Shown here piece by piece: positions 12,485 through 25,313 of a stretch of DNA of 64,000 nt (position 1 is its first letter; every line of letters begins with the position of its first letter). Below the pieces are notes generated by a model, which made no database searches, was not told the DNA's origin, and saw nothing but the letters and a program-made list of their open reading frames with translations. This DNA comes from Oikopleura dioica. Lineage: Eukaryota > Animalia > Chordata. The stretch lies in the NCBI GenBank assembly GCA_907165135.1, contig OU015566.1, positions 9,548,001 to 9,612,000 of the forward strand. Direction: 5' to 3'. The translations under genes and the position numbers were made by a program.

Positions 12485-13485
12485 TTCTACCTTTTTATTC
12501 ATTAAAATATACATTGAAATTCGAAATTATGACAACAGAATGTTCTTTTATTAAATAAATCGCATCAGCTTCTACAAATGACAAACAGAAATACGCTTCG
12601 AAGCCAACTGAGACAAATCCGGATCTGAAATTGATTCACTCATGCTTTCATTGTCGAGCTTTCTTCCCAATATTTTTAAATAATTCCTCTTATAAAATAA
12701 AGATAAAAATATTTTGAGACCTTTTCCTTTTCCTTTGAATACAGCACAGGATAAAAATCATCACTCCAAGTGCAATTATAGCTTGCAAGACCGATTTTTA
12801 TGTTTGTCTTTCCGAACTCTTATATTTCAAGCCTTCCGTAGTAACATAATAAGTGAAGCTACGCATACCAAAATATTCTCTGTTGGGGAGACCATTAAAA
12901 ATCAGTATAAAGAATGAAAGTGATCCCTGGTCGATCCTTTCCAAAGACTTTAATGTCCAAATACATAGAGCAGTTCTGATTATGTCTGAGTAAAGACATC
13001 AGAAGCTTGTCAGCTTTCGTCTTTAATAAAAAGCGAGCTGGCTTTCTGAGACAATAGTAGTTCTGCTGCGTGGCTTTATTTTTTAGCACTAGCAATAAAG
13101 TTATATGGACTTTATGGTAATCTGTCTTGGTGCCACGAATAAATTTTATCTCACAAATTGAAATGGGCAATAAATTAAGGTTATCTCTTGTTTTAGGAAT
13201 TTGTTTGAAAATAAGTGATTTGTAAAACTAAGAAATAAAATGCGGTCTTATTCTGAAATTTATCGTAAAAGGGTCGTTAAAAATCAGCAAGCAAGTTGGC
13301 GAAACTATTAAAATTTACACTGAAAGATAATATCGGCTAAACGATGGCGCTATACACCGCATTATCGTCGTAATTATTTTCTTCAAAAGCACGCGAAGAA
13401 GCAAAGATTTTGAATTTCGCAGAGATTCATCAAGGTTAGTTTATTTTCATTCTTCTGAAAAGGGAAAATTCATAAAGAGCTCAAC

Positions 13486-15400
13486 ATGGATCAAGTCGTC
13501 AAGCTTCGAAAAGCTTCCGAAGATCGAACCGACTTCGAGGACAACCAGTTTGATCTTGATGATCGCGAGCATCGGGCGACTGTCGAACGAACTTTTCGAT
13601 TGAGCAGCCATCAGTCTATCACTAAAGACATGGTGTCTTTCATAGTCGATGGATCTCAATCCTCAGACATCAACCAAGGGGGTCTTGGAGATTGTTGGTT
13701 CCTAGCAGCTCTTTCGTGTATTGCCACAAAGGATCAGCCAGGAACTGAAGTTGCGAAAATCAAGGAAGATACAATTGAAACGGTCTTGCAAGTACGAATT
13801 CATATTTTGTTTACTAGCGCGTTATTTTGAATCAAAGATTTCATTACTTGACAGCTTATAATAAATCTCAGGTCGGCTTCAATAAAACAATGATGGCCGA
13901 AGGCACCGGAGGATTTAAATTCAAATTTTTCCGAATGGGCGAATGGGTCGATGTCGTTATTGACGACAAGCTGCCACTGAGAAAACGAGCTCGGCCATCT
14001 GATTCTGGCGAATGGTGGGTGCCTCTCACGGAGAAGGCATATGCTAAGTTCAATGGAGGCTACGAAAAAATCCAGGGAGGGCAGACGGGTCGAGCAATGA
14101 CAGATCTCAGCGGTGGAATAGCTGTGGATATGAACGACTTCGAGTACGGCCTTGGAGTCAATGAGAATAACACCATCAACGGAATCAATTTGGTTGATCT
14201 TCTCAAGAAAATCCAACGAAACGCGCTCATCTGCACATCAAACAGAGACGGAGCCGGAAACGAGCAGATTAGAAAGGGTCTTGTTTCTGGTCATGCTTAC
14301 TCACTTTTGGCCGTCGACACAATGACGTTGTCCGATGGAAGCAAAAAAGACATGGTCAAGATTCGAAATCCATGGGGACAAACAGAGTGGACAGGGGATT
14401 GGAGCGATAAAGACTCCGCTAACTGGAGCCGGTATGTACATAATTTATGACATGAATCATATTAATCTCATAATCGTTGTTATACGGTATATGATATACC
14501 GTATATCAGGCTAATAAAAACCAACCTGATTGACTTTTAAAATATTTTACGGCCGTTTACATGGTTGTTTTTAACAACAATCAAGTGTTCCCGCTGAAGA
14601 AAAGAAGCGCTTGAAAATGGATGAGGCCACAAATGATGGTGCGTTTTGGATGGCTCTTCGGGACTGGGTTGACGAGTTTGAAAATCTCGCCATCTGCGCA
14701 CTTCCAGGCTTGGATGTCAACGATCCGGATGGAATCATTTCAGAGGAGTGCGGTTTGGATAACATAATCGTTGATGCTAATTGGTTTTTAGAGAAATGAG
14801 GAACCGAGATCATCGAGTCAAAGGAACATTCCGACCTGGGAAAAATGCCCCACTTAACACCGGCCATCTATGCCAGACTTTCCGAAACCCAGTTTTCTCC
14901 ACACAAGTCGAGCTGACTGTCGATGCATACGGCGGAACGGATAGCCGTTTAGTCTGGCTCCAGGTGAGGCGATTTTATTGGCCGATCATCAATGCTGACA
15001 ATGGATGACCTCGAAATAGCTAATAACTTATTTTTATAGGTACTTACTGACACGCCCTTGAAAGAGAACCGACTGCTGATGGTGAACTTTTGGGCTAAAC
15101 GAAATGACGATTCTGAGTTCGACGGCCCGCAGACTTCAAGAAACTTCAGAAGGTTCAAAAAGATAGAACCAGTTATTCCAGCTTCACCTGGTTACAACAT
15201 TTCCGTCTACCAGCACAACGGCTTCTTACTCAACCTCAATCCTGGCAAATACCTCATTGTGAGTTAGGCTGACAGTTTTAAAGAGTAAATATTTTGAGAC
15301 CTTATCCTCATGCATGCAACAAAACTGCACCGACCCAGCTGACTTCATGGTCCGAGCGATGGGAGCAAACCTCAAACTTCGTCCCCTTACTTCGATGTAG
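13486..15400 (+). CDS. Atypical calpain (CysPc plus C2-like domain, no EF-hands seen)
   Basis: Catalytic motifs QGGLGDCW, GHAYS and RNPWG; [17 protein letters not shown] and FWMALRDW also present. Confidence 0.92.
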
Positions 15401-15723
15401 AAAATGAAACTGACTTCTGTTCTGTCATGAAAATGACAGATTTCCTGAATATTTGACTTTCATGTTCTCTTCTGACATTTTTTCTTACGCTAGTTAATCT
15501 TTCATGTTAAACTTGCTCTGTCATAATATATCGATCCTTCCAGACAAGAATAAAACTCATGCTCTTTTGATAATGCCATTTGCTACAGATCAAGTCTTCT
15601 CTTGGAATCTAATTCGGCGAAGAGTAGTAGAGAGCCGAAAAAGGAGCAGATAATTGGCATGGACGTGCCAGTTACCCAATTTTGATTTTCTGATTCAAAA
15701 CGAAACTTGTTAGAGAGACCACG

Positions 15724-17393
15724 ATGGAAGGAATCAATGCAACGAAAGAATCTCTGTTGAAATTAACCGATATTTTTGATGACATAGAAGATTCTTTAGA
15801 GGATAATGTGAGAATGGACGTAAATTCTTTGACTGAACTTTTTTTAGAAAGAATACAGGCAGATATATTTATGGCAGCCGGTCATTAAAACGATAATTTG
15901 CACGCTTGCGATTTGTCTGAATTCTATCGCACTGTATAAACTTGCAGGGAATCGAGACTGTCACAGGCGGACACATACTCTTTTACCGTTTAACCTTGCT
16001 CTGTGTGACTTGCTTATGGCGTTGGTGTTACCGCTTGAAATCTACTCGACCTTCAATGGCGAAAGCTTTAAATCCATGGATGATGGTGCGAACGGTAGAG
16101 CTTGTTAAAATACTGAAGAAAGAAACTTCAATCTTTTTTGAATATTCATCAAGCTCGAAGGGGTTTTATGCCGCGCTCAAGTAGGCATCCGTTCGATAAA
16201 CATGTTTGTTTCGGTCTTTATTCTGACATATCTTGCATTCGACAGATATCTAACCGTTGTCCAATCCAAAACCGCGAGAATCTTCAGAAAGACGGTCGAA
16301 TTCAGCCACAGTCAAATATCGGTACTGTCGTGCAGTATGTTATTTTAGTATGTGTTATAGATAGTCGCGGTCATTTGGTGCGCTGGAATACTTATTGCAA
16401 TTGAACCGATCCGAAGAGCGAAAACCAGCGCATATGGAACTTGTGGAATAGATTGGGGCGACACAGAAGAGTGTTATGTAACAGTGCAAAATGGAACTGG
16501 GTTTATCGAAAAACAGACGAAGATACCCTTAAGAAATGTTGGATTCTGCGCTTGTGACATGTCTCGCTCACACAAGATCTTTCAAGTTGTCGCCTTTGTT
16601 TGTTCATTTTTATGTCCGTTAATTATCATTCTTTCATCGTACTTCTCGATTGTTAACGAAGTACGAAAAACAGAGAAGAACGCATACCGCCCACAAATCG
16701 ACAATCAGCGGTAACCATTAATTAGTCGAATGCCAAGTCAATCATTTAAAAGATTCCTCGATCTTCAATTTCAATCTGTCGATTCTTTGAACGCCAAAAA
16801 GTCCGCAGGGGTTAAATGGAAGGTAAAACGAGACAAAACTGTATCTCATAAAATAACCTTTGGAAATGAGCCTCATTGTAAATGCCAACGAGATGTCAAA
16901 GTGTTTATGATTTTGGGCAAAAGATAGAGCGGCTGGGTCATAAAAACTTTTCAGAAGACTATTCGCGTTTCTTTGATTTGCTTGTCTCTTATTCTTGGAT
17001 TCGTTTGCTGCTGGACCCCCTACCATCTAAATTATATTATTCTCATTTTTTTCAACGGTATTGATAAATTACCATCGATTTTAAATGAAAAATATTCCCA
17101 AATTTCAGATTCAGCTTGGACCATCAGAACCTGCTCGTCTTTCAACAAAATATACAACTTTTTGATCTGGTCAATGCGCATAACGAACCCCCTTTTATAC
17201 TGTTTCCTCCAAATGATGCTCAAAGACAACTCAATTGCCCAAACAAGGAGAAAAATCTCTACTGCTTTTAGGTCTGTTCTATTTGTTGACATGCTCATTC
17301 GAAAATGAATTCTCCAGAAAAGCTGCCGCTTGCACAGAAACGTCTGGAGAAACGCCTGTTACACTTGAAAACAAAGCTGTCGATTCTCAATAA
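15724..17393 (+). CDS. Class A (rhodopsin-like) GPCR, probably a peptide receptor
   Basis: NLALCDLL (TM2), FDRY, Cys-containing ECL2, FLCPLIII (TM5), CCWTPYH (TM6), NPLLY (TM7). Confidence 0.88.
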
Positions 17394-17437
17394 GTTCAAA
17401 TATAGATTTATTCATCGTCAGAGTCAAATGTATTTAA

Positions 17438-19506
17438 TTATGCTGAAGAGTTCAGAGGTCGTAGGTCAATGTTAGATCCCATTGTTCTCAACATGAATTT
17501 GACAGGTTTATTGGATTCGCCGGGGAGAGCAGTGCAAGCCATCTGAAAGAACGGTTAAAGTTTTGAAAAGGCTTTCGATCTTACAATAAGATATCTTCCA
17601 AGAGGGAGATTAAGCAAGAATCCGTTGTGCTTGTAGTGGTCGACAACGTAGCCCTTTTGAGTTGGAAGAATTGGGTCGATCTTCTTCATCTTTCGAAGCT
17701 GTCGCTTAGTCACGGGGCCGTCAAATGGCTCATCATCGTTCTTTTTGTAGATATTAACCATAACGTAGCGGGTCTCTTTGAGTGGGGAATCGATAAGGAA
17801 CTGGAAAGAGTTAACATTAATATTATTTAGAAAAAATGCACCTGGAGCCAGACAAGTCGGGTAGTTTCCTTGATGTAAAGATTGACGTTCATTTCGACTT
17901 GGATATTGTAGTTGTAATCCAAGAAGACTTTCTGGAGATGATTGACATCTAATTTCTCGATAATATATTTAATCAAATTTTTATCAACCTTGTGGAGCAT
18001 TAACTCCCGGAGTGAAAGTTCCAATAACGCGAGTATCTCGCTCATTTTTCTCTCTAAAACATCGTAAGACCAGATAAATGATTTTAACTAACTCTTCCGT
18101 GAAGTGACCGTCTTCGTCTTCAAGGTCCATTCCAGGGAGCGCGCAGATGGTCAGAACCTCAAACTCATCGACCCAGTCCTTGAATGTCATCCAGAAAGAC
18201 CCGTCATCTTTGTCTTCGATATCGAGTGCTTTCTTTTGCTCGTCGCTCACTCTGACAAAATTCATGAAATTCTAAAACCCACAAATGTTCGAAACCTGTC
18301 CCAATTAGCGGTATCTTTGTCGCTCCAGTCACCATCCCATTCTGTCTTGCCCCATGGATTTCGAAGTCTGACCATGTCCAATTTCGTTCCATCCTTGAGT
18401 GTCATCGTTTCAACGGACAAGAGCGCGTAAGCATGACCAGAAATCAAACCCTTGTTAATCTCCTCATTTCCTCCTTCATCGATGTTTGAAGTGCAAATGA
18501 GAGCGTTCCTCTGGATTGTTTGCAGAAGCTTGACCAAGTTGATTCCTTGAATAGTATTGTCGTCGTTGATGCCGATGCCGTATTCGAAATCCTTTCAAAT
18601 GATAAAAATTGTCTGATTGACAAAAGAAAATTCTAAGAGTTTTTTCACGAAAAGTTATATTCGCATCATTTCCTGAAGCTCGACCGCAATGCCACCACTC
18701 AAGTCGGTGAGAGCCCAGCAAGTCTGCCCGCCAACGAGTTTTTTGTAGCCGCCATTAAACTTGGCGTAAGCCTTTTCGGTTAGAGGTACCCAGAACTCGT
18801 TGGTATCCGATTCGCTGGCTCGTCGGCGCTCAGGAAGGCGATCGTCAATGACGACGTCTACCCACTCCCCCATGCGGAAGAATTTAAATTTGTAGCCTCC
18901 AGATGCGGCTGCTGCGCTCGTGTCGTTGTGTCCGATCTTAAAAAGTATCGTTTTAAAAAGGTTAAAACATTTCCTTGCTTTTTCTTTTTATAGTCTTCCC
19001 AGCCTTCGAAGAGGAAAATAAAGTCGTTTCAGCTTCCCTAAGGATTTTGCAACAACCAAAGCTAATGTTAAACGACCCTCTTTGGCTTGATAATTACCTG
19101 TAAGACACTTTCGATCGTTTGTTTTTTCAAAATACCGACTTGGGTATTCGGTTGATCGTCAGCTGCGACAGTGGAAAGAGCCGAAAGGAACCAGCAATCT
19201 CCAAGTGATCCCTGACTGACATCGCATGAGCTAAAGCCATCGTCACTAACGAACACAACCGGCATGGATTTATCTTTGACATCGATCTCGCTAAGTCGAA
19301 GGACCTTCTTGACGGTTTTTAGGTGAACTTCGTCTTCGAGGTTGAACGCGTCATCGGAAAAACGCTGCCGCCTTCAGAGGCTTTTCGAAGTTTTTGAACA
19401 TGAATTTCAGCCTCAGGCGCAATGTTATGGACAACAGTTGATTTCCCAAACTAAAATTGTTCTATTTTCCACGTTTTATCTGAATAAATACCTTTATTTC
19501 AGCCAT
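17438..19506 (-). CDS. Second atypical calpain, paralog of 13486-15400; apparent -1 frameshift near the N-terminus
   Basis: [18 protein letters not shown] and [11 protein letters not shown] present; shares KLRKASE with paralog 1. Frame shifts in an A5/T5 run at 19358-19362, and one junction (about 18975-19100) could not be spliced cleanly. Could be a pseudogene or an assembly error. Confidence 0.75.
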
Positions 19507-20556
19507 GATAAACGTCTCTTAGAATGTCTTTATTCAAGACAAGAGTCCTCCTTTTATTTTCGACTGGAAAATACTTTCGACGGAAGAAGCAGTTGAATAT
19601 ACTGCCCTCTGTCTAATCTGAGTTCTTATTGCTCGCCACTATTTTTTTATGTTTCCAAGTAAATTTTATTGCTTGTCCTCGGCACGATTGATAAAGAACC
19701 TCTCTTCTAATGATGATGGTAAAAGTTGCTTACACAGAAAATGCTCATTACGAGGCGGAGTTCTTGAGCAGCTCAATAATTTTACGGCGTTTTTCCATTG
19801 TTCTTTTTTATGTTTGAAGTTATTGCATCCTAATCAGCAGAAAAAATAGTTACCCACAATCGATTTTTCTCGCCTTCAGATCGTTCCGTTCTAGCGGAAA
19901 TTCAATTTTTTTTAAATTGATCGAATGGGCGGTATTTTCGTTCGCGAATCTAATAAAAATAGGTGCACCTGAGTTGTCAGAGGAAGATCTTTTTCATAGC
20001 CTTCATAAAGTTTTATGAAGTTTTTCGGCCGATAAATTAACAGCGTCGTCAGCAGGTTCGTAAATAATTTTGTTTTTCTTTTGATAAGTCCAAAACTGAC
20101 AGGGTTCACTTTTCTTTCTCTGATTTATTATCAGTTTTTAAGCCAAAGAAAAACACATGTTGCTCTTAAAAATCTCCAGGGGATAAAATTCCAGTGAAAA
20201 AAGGTTCTTTTTGGCCAGCCATGTCTACCGAATTTTTATCACTGTTTCAATGATGTTTACTGAAGATCGATGTTTTACAAATGAAACCAATGATAGTACC
20301 ATTATCAAAGCTCTCTCACGTTCCGCCAAGCAAACTTTTTCCTTTTCTAAATTTTTCTTGATAAATTCTGGTTAGAAGTTGAAGCTAAAGAAGTTTAAAC
20401 TTTGCGTAATCTTCTGCTTATCTTAATCCTGCGGATGATGCTGAATTTTAGAGACGGACTGGTGACACGTTTCCTCATATCTTTATGAAATTATGTAGGT
20501 TAAGTCGCCTCTCGACTGCGTTTTTCGGACACTAAACGATAAGATAAATTGGCTTC

Positions 20557-21757
20557 TCAATTTATTTTTTATAATGGCTTAATCGGATATCAGAGCAGTA
20601 GAGTTCAATAGAGTTTGATAATTTGGGTTTTGTTGAATTTTTTCGGCAGTTTGGACAACTCTTTGGAGTCATTAGATCCAAACACTGGTGGCAGAATCGA
20701 TGGCCACAGGTAAGAGTACATTCGTATCGTTCTTCTTTGTCGTATTTTTCCCAGCAAGCACCGCACTGAAACTTTTGTTCGAACTCATCATTCGTAACAA
20801 TTTCTGAAAAAGAAGGTCACGTCGTTTTTGAGACTTCGCAACTTACTTATTCCGTCAACTTCCATCGCGGCCTCCTTGAATGCCTCTGTTGTAGCTTTTT
20901 TTATATTTCTCCCGAAAATTTGACAATGTCGACTTCAGGGTTCGGTAATTTGAGCTCACGCTAAAACTCAAGGAAACAAAGCTTGAGACTCACGTTTTTT
21001 AATTTGAGTTTTGAGAACTCAGAGATGAGAAATCAATTCTGGCGATCCATGAGCCAATCAAGGAAGCGCTCGCTTAATTTGAGTTTTGAAAACTCAAAAC
21101 TCTCAAATCTCTCAAAAACTCAAAACTCCCAAAACTCTCAAATCTTCTCAAAATGATTTCTCAAGTCACTTTGAGTTCTCAATTTGAGGAAATTTGAGCG
21201 TCTAGTCAAAATGAGTTTTAGCTTGAGCTCAAATTACCGAACCCTGGTCGACTTCCTCTTTCAATCGAGCTACCACGATTTGAGCTTGACGATGTCTTTC
21301 AACAGCATCCGCCTCAACCTTCTTCCACGATTCGAAATAGCTTCCTACCACTTTCTGGTATTCAAGACTATCTTTAAAAAGGATAAGAGTAAAATGCAAA
21401 ATAACATCTTAAAAGTATATCTTATCGCTTTCCTGAGGCGAGTTTTTTCTTTGCACCATCGCAGCATGTTCCCAAAAGAAAATCAGTAGCTGTCGCGTCG
21501 CAGCCACCGATTTCGCAGATGAATTTCGCTTCGCATTGATAGAAAGATGCTTGAACTCGACCATCATTTACATCATCCTGTTTACAAAGGTAGCAGAAGA
21601 CGTTCTCTTCAACGCGGATCATGATTTCCGTAAAGTAACCACTATAAATTTATCGTAAAATTACGATCGTTGATCGCTGTTTTTACCAGTTGAGACATCC
21701 TCGATAGTTGTCATCAGTTCCCACAAATCGAGCATAAATCCGTTGCATTTTGCTCAT
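20557..21757 (-). CDS. RING-HC finger protein with N-terminal Cys motifs and a central coiled coil
   Basis: CLNC...CYLC at the N-terminus and C-terminal CGACW...CGHRFCHQC...CPNCR (C3HC4). Contains a MITE and two apparent 1-nt homopolymer deletions. Confidence 0.7.
20936..21246. mobile_element. hAT-type MITE (311 bp) inside the RING gene
   Basis: 35-bp TIRs starting CAGGGTTCGGTAATTTGAGCTCA (1 mismatch); perfect 8-bp TSD GTCGACTT at 20928-20935 and 21247-21254; internal CTCAAAA/TTTGAG repeats. Confidence 0.92.
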
Positions 21758-22119
21758 TTAGCAAATTCTCTAAAAATCCTCAATTGACTTTTGATAAACC
21801 AGAAAAACGTACGATTTATTGCGAGCGCTTTCTTCGCGAAAGAACAATCTCGAAATATTTAGACAGAAAGGAAACTTTCGAATCACTAAGAAGACGGTTT
21901 CTTCCTCCATCTGCTTCCCTACGACCGCTAAGACGCGTATCTAACCGCTACCAATCGTGAATATCAGTACGCGTGGTCAAAACTTCAAGGGGAAGGCGAG
22001 CGCTAGAGAGCGCGCTATCGCGATCACGAACAGTCGACGCTTCAAAAACTTACTACAAAAGATCTAAAAACTTGTTGTGCTTTAGGCTTCTTTTAGAAAT
22101 CAAAACAAATAATCAAAAA

Positions 22120-23081
22120 ATGAAGATTTTTCACACTCTCGTTTTAGGTAGAAAGCTTTTTCCTTTTTCAGAACTTAATTATTATGTTCAGGGCTTGCCC
22201 AAGCAAACCAGAGATCAAAAGACTTTTGTATGAACACAATTGAGCTTCCATGCGCAGAGAACGAAAACTGTCCGAGATGGAAATGTCCGGAAGGAACAGG
22301 GCATGGAAAAACATGCGAGCAGTTTTGCTCAATAACGAACGCAGAAGCTGTTGGAATACGAACATGTGTATGTTATCGACAAAGTGGTCCTATAAGGAAA
22401 GGCTCTACTAGATGATTTTGTGTATAACTAAATCGCGAAAAATCACGTGTAAATGTTGATCGAAAATGCTCAATCCTCTCTCTCCGTCTTAGAAATACAT
22501 ATGTATATACATCTCGTCAAATATTTAGACGCACAAATTTTGATGAGTTCTTAATCGGCTTAACTGGCTACACCCTTCAAACATTTTCGTTGGTACTGAT
22601 TTATTTCAAATTAATTACGAATCGCCGAGCCCTATCAAGACTGTTTATCGGATGCAGATGGGTCGAAAAAATTGATGAAACATGTCCTACTGTGGCTCCT
22701 CCTGAACCTGAGCCGAAGCCACTTTCAAATATTATCCGTCGCCGTCCAGTTTACTCAGCTTCGGTTGTCAGAAAATCATCCGCTCCAACAAGAGATGTCA
22801 CAACGAACAATGTCAGTATCTTCCGAGCGATGGGAGTGCAAAAGCCAACACTTCATCCACCAACAACCAAAACTACTTCTACGACGACAGTGACACCGGA
22901 ACACAATCAACGTGAAACGAAATATCCCTCAATGGCGTCGCTGGGCATTAAACTTGAAGATTTCAAGGTTAATCTGAAGTCTGCGGCTGGTAGTAATAAT
23001 GAGAAGACATTCGGGAACCGATCAGAAGCTTATTCGAACTGCCCGTCTATTGACGAAGATTCCATTTGCGAAAATGAGTAA
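22120..23081 (+). CDS. Secreted Cys-rich protein with a Thr/Pro-rich tail
   Basis: Signal-like MKIFHTLVL|GLAQA, Cys-rich exon, then a mucin-like PTTKTTSTTTVTP region. The middle junction is uncertain. Confidence 0.55.
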
Positions 23082-23444
23082 GTTCAAAGTTTGCGAGTTT
23101 AAATCAGCCAACCGCCAATCCTATTGAGTAATGATAACAGATCGGTGAGCTCCAACGCTGACAATTGAGTTAAAAGAATCGGATCATCAGAAAATCCGAT
23201 GAGATAGGCATTCTCTTATTTTAGACCGGCAATGACCGTAGTCAAAATCCGCAGAACCGTAAATCCGGTGACCGGATAGTTCCACGCGCTTATCGTGCCC
23301 TAGATTGACACGGGATCAGAGAAGAACGTGCTCAGGATTCAATGAATAAACATTTTCTGACCTTGATAAGATAATTGCTTATTATGCAAAGTCTGGAATT
23401 CTCTACTATTGCGTGAAGCAGGGTCTTCGGAAGAATAGGTTTAA

Positions 23445-24198
23445 GGATATAAGCTATGAATTTGAACTTTCGTAGCGCCTAAATGCGAAGTAGGATCATT
23501 TTCACTTCAAAAGTAATCCTACCTAAAAATGGACGTAAAACTCAAATCTGGTATTTAAAAAAAAAATTTTATAGAAAATTTTCCTTTTAGAGCGTTTTGA
23601 AATCTTACGCTCTCGATTTCTCGAAATTTTTCCACTAAATCGGTCGAGTTTTTTCGATGAATAACTTGTCTTAACCCTTATCTACAAAATTGACGGATCA
23701 GTTTTCCCTAATTCCGACCGAAACCGATTTTAGAGCCATTTCCATGAGGCTTACCCAGCGCGTGAATAGTGTAAAAAGCGGCGCGATGGGCGCTCGCTCT
23801 CTCAACTCTTCTTTTCCGTGAGAGTGGCGCGGGTGCCCCGAGCGCTTTGATTGGTTGCACGCGAAAAAGCACAAAAAGAAGAAAAACTCGAGCAAGAAAG
23901 AGGAAAACGCTAGAATGAAAATTTGAGGGAGTTTTGAAATAAAAGCCCATCAATTTTCTAGCTTAACATCATCAAAATAAAAGACACGGTTTAGTTTTAG
24001 CGATTCAATGGAAAAAATTCGAGCAATCGAGAGCGTAAGATTTGAAATCGCTCTAGAGAGAAAATTTTCCATAAAATTTTTTTCAAAAACTCCAGATTTG
24101 AGTTCTACGTGCAATTTAAGGTAGGACTGCTTTTGAAATGAAAATGATCCTACGTCGCATTTAGGCGCTACGAAAGTTCAAATTCATAGCTTATATCC
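23445..24198. mobile_element. Non-autonomous foldback DNA transposon with long TIRs and TTAA flanks (Kolobok-like)
   Basis: About 190-bp imperfect TIRs (GGATATAAGCTATGAATTTGAACTTTCGTAGCGCCTAAATGCGA... and its inverse) with TTAA on both sides. GG...CC termini; no transposase. Confidence 0.85.
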
Positions 24199-25313
24199 TT
24201 AAGTCGGATTGAAATCTAATATCTTTTGAATGCGATCGGTCAAATCTTTCTTTGCAAAGTTCGGATTAGAACTAAATCAAGTGGATAGTTCCGAAATGCG
24301 GTTTCGCGTTCACATAGGTCACATTTCTCAAGTTCTAACGCGACCTCGCCCAGGTGGCTAATCATGTATTCTAGCGGCTTCACTCTGCGCTGTCATGTCA
24401 ACTGCAGAAACCGAAATAAGGTGAACAAATGCGTCTGCGTAAATGGCAACTGTAAATGGAGCTCGACATGTGGCATTTTGAATGGGAGAAGTAGAATTTC
24501 GCCGGAAAAGGAGACAGTTGATTCGATAAGGACCATAAAGATTCAAGGTATGGGGACATTGATTATTGCTTTAGAGACCCTAGCTGCACTCAATTTTGAT
24601 AGACTCACACGTCATTTCATTTTTAGACGGTACATTTATCAACTTGAGAGACTTCATCGACTACATCTCGACTTGGGTAGAGAAATAAATAAGAATAATG
24701 AAATCTCTTCTGTATAAACATGTATTGTTATTAGTTCCTGCCGTAAATAAATTCAATCATATCAAAGTTCAATTCACTACCATTTGTTGGATTTGTCAAC
24801 AGATCACAATCCAATTGTCTGGCACCAGAAAACCGAAATTATTTACGGATGCATGTCACATGCAGCATGTGACACCTTTTTTTAGGAGCCTTCTTTTCCT
24901 CCTTGTCAGTCGATATTTGACAAATACTACTGGATAATTACTGCATCTTCAAAATAAAGTTGCGATGGTTCAAGCAGGAATATTTGTATGTACCCAAACT
25001 TTGCAACCGGGAGAATTATTTTCACTTTGTTTTCAAACAAGTGTAAATTTATCCGAGGTAATGTGCGGTCAAATTCACTAGTTTCAAATTGCATTGAAAT
25101 TTTATTCGAAAGTGTCCATTTGCTTTTGATACAGAACTTGTTGGAGAGTAGTATAAATACAGTAGTGTCATCGGTAGTAGAGATACAGAGAGTGAAAATA
25201 TAAAAATAGGGTTGAACTGAGAATAAAAGAAAGCTACAAAATGTAGCTAAAATTGAGATGCGGAAATCGCGGCAGGTTAAAACAGGTCGATTTCCATTCG
25301 ATTACAAATTTTG

